This document shows positions 32,586-40,872 of a stretch of 64,000 nt of DNA, one piece after another. This DNA is from Candidatus Poribacteria bacterium (GTDB taxonomy: Bacteria; Poribacteria; WGA-4E; PCPOR2b). Every line of letters starts with the position of its first letter. Position 1 is the first letter of the stretch. The DNA is taken from contig OZ242326.1 in NCBI GenBank assembly GCA_965208325.1, positions 864,001 to 928,000 of the forward strand. Reading direction: 5' to 3'. The translations under genes and the position numbers were made by a program. Below the pieces are notes generated by a model that saw nothing but the letters and a program-made list of their open reading frames with translations, made no database searches and had not been told where the DNA came from.

Positions 32586-33422
32586 ATGAGAAAGATCAAA
32601 ACAGGACTACGCTGGCTCTGTGGGAAGGTCGGCAAACTTAGTTTTGAACACATACCCCCGGAAAAAGCATTCAACGACCAGAAAGTTTTCCATGACTGCG
32701 TTATCAACATCCTTGAAAACCAAAAGCTTAAAACATCTCAACGAGGTGTTGGGGACCATACGCTGTGTATTACCTGCAACAATAATACAGGTACAATGTA
32801 TGGGTCTGCTTTTGTAGAATTTTGCAAACGTGCTGCTGACGTGCTGTCTCAGGCGTACGGTTATCCTACGCTGCATTACGAGTATAGTACCTACCCCTTG
32901 CGGGTCATTAAACAAATCGTAACGATGTTCTTTTCGACCAATAGCCCAGAATGGCGGAAATCATGTCCTGATTTGGAGAAATTCGTATTGGATAAGCAGG
33001 ATAGATACCTGCCTGAAAGATACGGCATCTTCCTCTATTACAATATTGAAGGTACGCTGCTGAAGCACACAGGCATACAACGTGTGCTTAAATTCGACCC
33101 CGACTGGATTGCTTCACCCAACCTGTCAGAATTCAGTGAAATCGTGCACCCTCCTTTCGGGTATTTGATGACAACAGACTCGGACAAACCAGATGATAGG
33201 CTGTTTGACATTTCTTGGTTCAGCAATTTCACCTTTGATGACTATCGGCGAGTGTATCTAAAAATTCCCGTGTTACCCATTTACACAATGTATGCGGGGC
33301 AATATCCGAGTCGAAAAGAAATAGACGAAATTCGACGCAAAAATCCGGCACGAGGTCTCCAAGATTACCTTGAAGACATCGTGAGTCAGTCTGTCAACAG
33401 GAAAGGCGAACAATCCAAATAG
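32586..33422 (+). CDS. HNH-like endonuclease domain protein
   Basis: LCG..LSFEHIPP..LCITCNN N-terminal pattern; first Zn-knuckle Cys position reads Arg (RWLC). Confidence 0.6.
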   Translation: MRKIKTGLRWLCGKVGKLSFEHIPPEKAFNDQKVFHDCVINILENQKLKTSQRGVGDHTLCITCNNNTGTMYGSAFVEFCKRAADVLSQAYGYPTLHYEYSTYPLRVIKQIVTMFFSTNSPEWRKSCPDLEKFVLDKQDRYLPERYGIFLYYNIEGTLLKHTGIQRVLKFDPDWIASPNLSEFSEIVHPPFGYLMTTDSDKPDDRLFDISWFSNFTFDDYRRVYLKIPVLPIYTMYAGQYPSRKEIDEIRRKNPARGLQDYLEDIVSQSVNRKGEQSK

Positions 33423-33773
33423 CATTTTCTAAGCATTAATTACGAATTGCTAAGTAGAAAATATATGTATCAATTGGAGGTAATCTGTAAAATCCGTCAA
33501 ATCTTGTAAACTATTGTAAACTTGAATGATGCGACAAATGCGCGAGAAAATCGCTACATACGCTTAAGCGATTGCGACCGGCGTTTGAAGCTGCGGCTGA
33601 AGGATACAGTAACCAACTTAAATTAAATAGTAAATGGATACGGTGACTCTCAACACCCGGCAACGCCATTCGATCGCTCGTTAATCCATTCATTTGGTTG
33701 TAGTTAAAGTCACTATTCCCACGCGTTCCCTTCATCTTAACGCCCGCTTTAATTTAGCAAGGGAGAATACGAT

Positions 33774-34220
33774 ATGACAAAGCGAATTTGGGTACTTCTT
33801 GGAGTTGGAATTATCGCTATTGTCTTCATATTAATTGCTGTATTTGCAGTTCGATCTTGCGGACAGCCCCCGGCCGAGACTCCGGTCCCCGACGATGATG
33901 CAACATCAGCCGCTCCTAAGCCCACACGCGCGATAAAACCTGCGCCCGCGTATGTATCCGTTTCAATCAACGCCGTTCCGTGGGCAGAGGTTTTCATAAG
34001 GACTCCTGGAAGCGCTCGATTCGTAAAACCGGGGACTAAATACTTTAATATCAAGCCTCCTTCCAATGGAAAGGATGCCCACGTCACTCCGATTCGCGGA
34101 AAATTGAAAGTGCCGGCCGGCACAGCGATAAAGTTGGTGTATGATGGACGAGAGAAAATTTTCCCTTACGAGTCTTGGAAGACAAGGCGTTCAATCTCAC
34201 ACGATTTTCTGGGGCAATAA
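33774..34220 (+). CDS. Membrane-anchored protein with Pro-rich linker and PEGA-like beta domain
   Basis: N-terminal TM helix, PPAETPVP linker, VSINAVPWAEVFI; GGGAG RBS. Confidence 0.55.
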   Translation: MTKRIWVLLGVGIIAIVFILIAVFAVRSCGQPPAETPVPDDDATSAAPKPTRAIKPAPAYVSVSINAVPWAEVFIRTPGSARFVKPGTKYFNIKPPSNGKDAHVTPIRGKLKVPAGTAIKLVYDGREKIFPYESWKTRRSISHDFLGQ

Positions 34221-34266
34221 CCTATCATTAAATAGAGTCGCTGGTAGATTTTTGGTGATACTTAAA

Positions 34267-36621
34267 ATGAGATTTTTCGTCATTTTTACGAAATTAATCC
34301 TTTTGACGGTCTGGAATTCGTCAGTCGCCATGGCCCTTACATCGGAAGAGATTGCCAAGAAAGCGTTGGACGCTACTGTACTTCTTGTCATGGTCGATGT
34401 CAATGGCAAGGTCGAATCACAAGGCAGCGGGTTTTTTGTACAATCAAATCGCATTGTGACCAATTTCCACGTTATTGATGGTTTCACTAGAGGCGACGCA
34501 AAACCTGTTGGTCGACAGACGGTGTACCCGATTGAGCATGTCTCGGCGGTGGACAGGAAGCACAATTTGGCAATTTTACAGGTGTCGGCACCCGGAATTG
34601 AACCACTTTCCATAGGGAACAGTGCGTCAGTTGCGGTTGAAGATCAGATTTATGTCGTGGGCAATCCATTAGGCGTCCTTGAGGGCACATTCTCTGAAGG
34701 GATTATCAGTGCGATCCGAGAAGTGGATTCGGTAAAGCTGTTTGAGGTTACTGCACCCATCTCTGAGGGTAACAGCGGCGGTCCAGTGCTAAACGCCCAA
34801 GGCGAAGTAATTGGAGTTTCACACGGAGCGGTCCCTGCAGGGCGGAATCTAAATTTTGCGATCCCGTCAATCCACATTCAAGTGCTCGCCAACAAATTGG
34901 GCAAAGAACTGCTAGAAAAGGGTATTCTGCAATATGAAGCTACCCAATTCAATGAGGCAATAAAATCATTGCGATTAGCCCTAACCGAGCTTAGCGATTC
35001 GAAACTGCGAGCCGTTGCCCACCTTTACCTTGGATGCTCAAAACGAGGATATGGAGAATCTGATTACCCCGTTAGCGCGGCGTTTGTAGAGGCGCTTCGA
35101 CACAATCCTGAACAGATGTTGCCGCCTAGAATAGGAGAGGACCACCCGGTTTTTAAACCGATGCTCGAAAAAGTACGGTCTGAGTCAACTGGGAAATTGA
35201 CGGTTAACTGCTCACTCCCCGAAACTGAAATCTGGATTGACGGGGAGGTAATTGACAGGAAAATGATTGGCAGCGGCAATGCCGCCGTCCGACTATTTGT
35301 GGGCGGCTACACCGCGGAGGGGGTTTTTGAAGACGTGTACCGAAAGGCCTCATTCTCTATTGTACCTGATGGGCATGAGATTCTTTATCTAGATATGCCG
35401 CCCGTATTAAGGCATGAACCCCCATCTAGAGTTTCCGTCGGTGAGGTTATCTCTCTTTCTTTGGATATAATTAGCCGCGATAAGGCGAAGCAGGTTCAGA
35501 TCCACTACACCATCTTCGACAGAAACGGGGAAGAATTGGTCCGGGGGATGCAGGACATGCTTTTGTGGAAGGAACAGCCCATACCGTCTACGTGGATTCA
35601 CCGCTCGGATTTGCCATCGCAAACCACCGTAGGAAGAATTTCATATTTCATCATGGCGGATGAAGGAAGGTCTCCTACTAGTCAGTTTCATGAAATCGCA
35701 ATTGTTGACGAGAATCTCCCAATAATTGACCTGCTAGAGCCCCCTGAAACTGCCGAATTCAGGGTCAACCAATCCATTTCGGTTAGAGCAAAAGTAACTG
35801 ATAACACCGCTATTGATGAGGTTCGTATTCATTATGCTTTCTCGAGTTCAGGCAATTCAAGACCTTCCGAGACAATTCCGTCTGAACCACTGGTGAAGGA
35901 AACCTCTGGCGACGTATATGCCGGGTTAATCCCGCCGCAAAAGAGCGGTCCCGGCTACATCTGGTATTATCTGACCGCAATTGATGAAGAAAATAACCAG
36001 CGCCGCTCCGATTTCAGACGAATAAGTATAGTAAAAATTCCCGATGAGCGGCCCATGATGCCGGCGATAATTAAACGAAGCGCCCCGGTACGCCTCCCAC
36101 ATCAGAGTGTATGGGCAAGCCTCGGGTTGTGGAACGATATTCTCAAATTACATCGACCTGATGCTTTTTCGTGGGAAAGAGGAAATGTAATCAGTCTCGG
36201 TTACTTGAGTGAAGGCAGGGGCTATCCGACACTTGGCGTAAAACTGGATTATTCGTATCAGATTCGCGAAAACATAAATGCGACAATAGAATTGGGGCCT
36301 GCAATTAGAAACGCTGCAATCACAGTAGCATTACTGGGCGGTGTTGCACGGTACAAAAAAATTTACGATGAATCGAATCCAATTACACCTTTTCTCGGTG
36401 CGAGTTTAAGGCTTTACCCAATGGATACCGTCACAATTGACATCGCAAGTTCGATTAATCTTAGGTCGTTTGACACCACTTCCATACAATTCCAGCACTA
36501 CGAAATGGGCCTGCGGATTTACCTAACGCCAACTCTGAACCTCAAGTTAAGTTACGGAAATTGGTACATAAGAGAGCACGGAAACAAAAGCGTTCAGATT
36601 GGACTGGGGATTAAATTCTGA
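34267..36621 (+). CDS. Exported trypsin-like (S1) peptidase-domain protein with helical and Ig-like modules and a probable C-terminal beta-barrel
   Basis: Signal-like MRFFVIF..AMA, GSGF, TNFHV, GNPLG, GNSGGP; amphipathic C-terminal strands ending GLGIKF. Confidence 0.75.
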   Translation: MRFFVIFTKLILLTVWNSSVAMALTSEEIAKKALDATVLLVMVDVNGKVESQGSGFFVQSNRIVTNFHVIDGFTRGDAKPVGRQTVYPIEHVSAVDRKHNLAILQVSAPGIEPLSIGNSASVAVEDQIYVVGNPLGVLEGTFSEGIISAIREVDSVKLFEVTAPISEGNSGGPVLNAQGEVIGVSHGAVPAGRNLNFAIPSIHIQVLANKLGKELLEKGILQYEATQFNEAIKSLRLALTELSDSKLRAVAHLYLGCSKRGYGESDYPVSAAFVEALRHNPEQMLPPRIGEDHPVFKPMLEKVRSESTGKLTVNCSLPETEIWIDGEVIDRKMIGSGNAAVRLFVGGYTAEGVFEDVYRKASFSIVPDGHEILYLDMPPVLRHEPPSRVSVGEVISLSLDIISRDKAKQVQIHYTIFDRNGEELVRGMQDMLLWKEQPIPSTWIHRSDLPSQTTVGRISYFIMADEGRSPTSQFHEIAIVDENLPIIDLLEPPETAEFRVNQSISVRAKVTDNTAIDEVRIHYAFSSSGNSRPSETIPSEPLVKETSGDVYAGLIPPQKSGPGYIWYYLTAIDEENNQRRSDFRRISIVKIPDERPMMPAIIKRSAPVRLPHQSVWASLGLWNDILKLHRPDAFSWERGNVISLGYLSEGRGYPTLGVKLDYSYQIRENINATIELGPAIRNAAITVALLGGVARYKKIYDESNPITPFLGASLRLYPMDTVTIDIASSINLRSFDTTSIQFQHYEMGLRIYLTPTLNLKLSYGNWYIREHGNKSVQIGLGIKF

Positions 36622-36786
36622 GCGTTCATACCTTTATTGTGACTACACTTATTATCCCCCAAATATCAATCTAAACACGTGCACGACGACACCGATATTT
36701 TTCCAACTTTACATCATCGCATTTCTCGCCCTTAACGGCGGATGCAAAGACGCAAGATGTGTCTTGGGTTGGCAACTCTTTGAATA

Positions 36787-37275
36787 TTGGAGATTCATGT
36801 GCTTCAATCAACGTTCAACCAACGCCTAGCGTCGTGCATTATTGTTGCATTGTTGATTTTTTTGAACATAGGTTGCGCTACAATTACGCGGGGTAGTAAA
36901 CAAGAGATATCAATATCTAGTGAACCACCGGGAGCATCTGTAACCATCGATAATCAGCTTTATGGGGTAACCCCTACGGCGGTGCAACTTGCTCGTTCCA
37001 AACCCCATTCGGTGTTCCTTCAACTTGAAGGTTACGAACCCGTTTTAATACAGATTCAGTCACAACCCGATGCTGCTGTCGCGGGAAACTGTCTGATGTG
37101 TTGTTGTTTGGGTGTACCTGGCATTGTAGCCTTTGCAGTAGACATAATAACGGGTTCCGGTCGAACGTTAACGCCTGAAACAATTCACGTAGTTTTAATC
37201 CCCTTTGATGTTATTCTACCACCAGAAGTTGGGCAAAAATGGTATGTACGTCGTGCCTCTAGCGGCGAAAGATAG
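36787..37275 (+). CDS. PEGA-domain lipoprotein
   Basis: Hydrophobic stretch + IGCATI, ISSEPPGASVTID..GVTP..LEGYE. Confidence 0.7.
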   Translation: MEIHVLQSTFNQRLASCIIVALLIFLNIGCATITRGSKQEISISSEPPGASVTIDNQLYGVTPTAVQLARSKPHSVFLQLEGYEPVLIQIQSQPDAAVAGNCLMCCCLGVPGIVAFAVDIITGSGRTLTPETIHVVLIPFDVILPPEVGQKWYVRRASSGER

Positions 37276-37555
37276 ATGGGAGTATAAGCACCAGTGTCCA
37301 ATAGAGTATAGCGTTACGACGAAAATTACGGTTCCGACATGTCCAACTACATAATCGGCTATTCAAATAAAAAACCTGACGAGCGGCAATTAAATTTTTA
37401 GATCGATTTCAAATGCCTACTCCAGTGAGGAATTTCTAAACTTTACGTCTGAATTGCCTCGCGAATTCTTTCAACATCAGCTTCAAACAAGAAGACTGAG
37501 ACCCTGACATTCGAACTAAGTCATTGGCGAGCCTAGTTAGGTATTGGACTGTATT

Positions 37556-38167
37556 CTAATAAAACACTACACCAATTGCAAAACTGTCAATTGCCCCGGT
37601 AAACGAAAAAGCATACGTACCCGAAATTATCAAAGATGGAGAAACCGTTAGTTCTAACCCCATCGCCGCATTTACGTGGCCTTCATCGATTTCCAACTCA
37701 TCATTCAGAAACTCCCAGTTGTAATTGTATCCCACACCGAAAAAAGGCGCAAATTCCATTGGGCTTGATTCGGATTTCAGTCGTTTTAATAGACCGGCAT
37801 AGCCGCCTAAGCCAAGTCCATAGATGTGTAGGTCACTGGCAAGGTTTTGATATGAGCCCCCTCCCCCAATCGTGACAAACGAATCGAATCCCGTAGTGCC
37901 AAACGGAGCGATGTGCATAAAGTCTAGTGAGGCTGCGGGAGAGGGCGGAACATCTAATTCATCGAAAAACCGAATCGCACCGGTAAACGATGCTTTTGCG
38001 TTTGCGTCAATGCCATATTCGAGATTGGCCCAAATGGCACGATTCATTTCAGTAAAGGCTAATCCAAGTCCAAATGTGCTTTGTGTGGGCGCCAACCGTT
38101 TAAAGCTTGCAAAAGCGCTTGTGGCACACACATAAAAGCAAATTGCAATAATGAAGATTTTTTTCAT
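37556..38167 (-). CDS. Small outer-membrane beta-barrel-like protein
   Basis: Signal peptide MKKIFIIAICFYVCATSAFA, alternating Gly/aromatic strands, aromatic C-terminus IGVVFY. Confidence 0.6.
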   Translation of the reverse strand: MKKIFIIAICFYVCATSAFASFKRLAPTQSTFGLGLAFTEMNRAIWANLEYGIDANAKASFTGAIRFFDELDVPPSPAASLDFMHIAPFGTTGFDSFVTIGGGGSYQNLASDLHIYGLGLGGYAGLLKRLKSESSPMEFAPFFGVGYNYNWEFLNDELEIDEGHVNAAMGLELTVSPSLIISGTYAFSFTGAIDSFAIGVVFY

Positions 38168-38319
38168 GGTAACTGGGTTCTCCATAAAACCAAGTGAGTT
38201 GCTAGATTTTTCTAGAACTTCATGATGTAATTTTGTTGTCCGCAGTTGTAATGATTGCGGAATGTCAGATAGCGGCACGTATCAGGCCATCCCATGTAAT
38301 GCGGATTTGGGAAAAAGGG

Positions 38320-38649
38320 TTATTCACCGTATACCGTTATAGTATAGGTGGCCACAATTCCTAGAACACTCTGTGAGTGTTGCTCAACATGGTGGATCTT
38401 GGTGATACCACCATTCCTAGCCGCCGTTTGGATACTTGCATCCCCTATTGCGACCCATCCAAGAATGGATTGTGCGAATGCCGTTCCTGATTTGAGCGGT
38501 TTGACATTGTTATCTATACTTGAAGGAATTGGTGCCTTTACATCGGAGTATAGAAAACCCGTAACGGGTTGTTTAGCCTGTGCAGCACATCCTGTCAGAT
38601 ACATAACCAGCAATAACGGGATTGTAACAGTAACAACAAATTTTGACAT
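38320..38649 (-). CDS. TRL-like family lipoprotein
   Basis: Lipobox LTGC; SILGWVAIGDASIQTAARNGGITKIHHVE..TVYGE; AAGGAG RBS. Confidence 0.8.
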   Translation of the reverse strand: MSKFVVTVTIPLLLVMYLTGCAAQAKQPVTGFLYSDVKAPIPSSIDNNVKPLKSGTAFAQSILGWVAIGDASIQTAARNGGITKIHHVEQHSQSVLGIVATYTITVYGE

Positions 38650-39274
38650 GGTAAACTCCTTTTAATTGAGCAAAATAAAATCATCACCTATAATCATAGC
38701 CGGCATCGCTGTCCTTTATCACTTAATGCCGAACTTGTAGCGGCTTTGACCCCGCCCCCAATCTCAGAAGACGGCTTTCGCGATGCCTAGCAATCGGAAT
38801 CACTAAACCCATTTGGAATTTAGCAGCAAATAACAGACAGAAATCGATGAACGCGTATCGTTTGGCAAGGAAATGATTTGCGCCGTACATCGGCATTTCA
38901 ATCTTAGATTGACGCTCTTGTTATTCTTCATTAAGTAATGATTTATGATACCACAAGAAACCTTTCTCGGCAACGCCAAAAATCTGCGAACGCCGGTTGA
39001 CGGATACTCCTGTCCTAGTATAAAATCTTAAATTTTCACAAATTGTATTTTACCGCCACCACGCATTATATCCGATACTGTCAGTAACGCTTTTTTTAAT
39101 GAGAAAACTCATAGTTGAGAATCTACCGCCGGATGCCACATAGAAACTGAAAATCATGTAAACTTCTTTAAACTTTGTAAACTTGATCGAGAGAAAATTT
39201 CATCAAAATTTACGTCGCTACAACTTGACATACTTCGAGGTTTTGTCGACATCTCTTTATAAGGTTGTGGCATT

Positions 39275-39954
39275 ATGTTAAGAATGATGCCGATAACCTT
39301 ACCTGATAACCAATGGGAAAAAATATATGAGTTTCTTCTGGGTTGTTCCAACATCTTTGTCCGCAACGAAGCCGAAACCCGACGATTCGTCGAAGCTGTC
39401 CTGTGGGTGGCTCGCAGCGGTGCGCAATGGAGATTATTGCCTACTGCTTATGGCAAGTGGAACTCCATTTACAAGCGGTTTAGTAACTGGTGCGACATAG
39501 GAATCTTCGAACATATGCACCGCCACTTTGCCTCCGACCCAGATATGGCGTCGCTTATTATTGACTCGACCATTTGCCGGGCTCACCCATGCGCACCTGG
39601 CGCCTCAAAAAAAACGGGGGTGCCGAAAACCAAGCGTTAGGACGTTCTCGCGGCGGCTTCAGCACCAAGATTCACATCACAGTTGACGCACTAGGTAATC
39701 CGCTTAGACTCCAGCTAACCCCCGGTCAGAGACACGACATAGCTGAAGCCGAATCGTTGATAGTTGGATATAACAGCCAGCATGTAATTGGAGACAAAGG
39801 ATATGACTCAGTTGAATTTATCACCGTTATTGAAGCCAATGGTGCCATTCCGGTGATACCACCACGACGTAATCGTGGTGCTCAAAGAACATTCGACCCC
39901 CATTTATACAAAGAGAGACATCTAGTCGAATGTTTCATCAAAAAAAAATACTAA
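39275..39954 (+). mobile_element. IS5-family transposase in two frames (-1 frameshift), 3'-truncated
   Basis: orfA RSGAQWR.LP..YGKWNSIYKRF..W, IIDST; A8 slippery run 39607-39614; orfB GRSRGGFSTKIH, GDKGYD, YKERHLVE, then a stop right after an A9 run (39940-39948); no right end found. Confidence 0.88.
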
Positions 39955-40300
39955 TCCACGCCACATCACCAACAGCGATTCACCATCCGTGGCAACGCCG
40001 CATGATTATGTGCCCACGTAATCATAGCCCATCGTTTAATCATACAAATCACAGTTCAGACAGTCTTCTCAATAACGCAACACTACACCCGCCGCGGCAA
40101 CAATATGTAGGTTTCATTTTGTTTTTCGAGATTCCCACCGAGCGCCAAAGAATGCCCTGAATCAGAATCCAAAACAACACTGTCCCAAAATTTCCCCTTC
40201 ATACCCACCTGCAACGGCACAAACCCTTGCCCCGTCCGCATCCAAGCGATGGATTTTTCAACCCTTTCCGCCAAAAACCCCGATAACCTCGCACTCCGCC

Positions 40301-40329
40301 TTGACAATCGCTAAATCTCAAAGTATACT
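40301..40329 (+). promoter_or_regulatory. Near-consensus sigma70 promoter giving a nearly leaderless mRNA for the terminase pair
   Basis: TTGACA (40301-40306)-17 nt-TATACT (40324-40329); ATG at 40339 with no Shine-Dalgarno. Confidence 0.7.
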
Positions 40330-40338
40330 ACAATTATT

Positions 40339-40872
40339 ATGCCAACTACAAATGTCCAATTCGGCGAATCGGACATTGACTTCACCATTGAGCGTTTTGC
40401 TTATTATGGTGAGGGAAAAGCTAATGCGAAGCGCGTAATTCGTGATGTATGTGATTATTTTGGGATTGAAGACAATGCTAGCAATCATAAATTATTATCC
40501 AATAAAATTCGTACCTTTAATCCCAACCGAAAAGACTGCGCAGAGCATTATCGGAGTCGCTATCTCATGAAACGAAATCAGGTTCTTACACACAGACACG
40601 AACCCAACGGCATTTTTTCACAACAGCTACATGCACTTTTACTCGTTGCATTCAAAGTTCTGTCTGAAGAGATGACGCCGCCCCTCGCACTCAAGCTCAT
40701 TGAAGCCGAAATCCGATTCGCAATTGAAAACAAACACATAAATGTTCAGGAAAGAATTGAACGACAATGTTTAGCCGCCGACACGGGAGATAGTTCATTT
40801 CTAAATGGAAAGACGGAGCCGGATTTACGGAAACCACAGTCGGTTTCTGAAAATCCATCGCGCATACCATAG
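40339..40872 (+). CDS. Putative terminase small subunit
   Basis: 177 aa, mostly helical, directly upstream of TerL; FTIERFAYY..V..YFGI..FNPNR pattern recalls DUF2280-type TerS (from memory, unverified). Confidence 0.5.
   Translation: MPTTNVQFGESDIDFTIERFAYYGEGKANAKRVIRDVCDYFGIEDNASNHKLLSNKIRTFNPNRKDCAEHYRSRYLMKRNQVLTHRHEPNGIFSQQLHALLLVAFKVLSEEMTPPLALKLIEAEIRFAIENKHINVQERIERQCLAADTGDSSFLNGKTEPDLRKPQSVSENPSRIP

Noticed and set aside
25076..32590. Identical TTGGCAATGAG at the starts of the helicase and HNH genes as an insertion boundary
   Set aside because: Only 11 bp including the start codon; chance cannot be excluded and nothing else supports it
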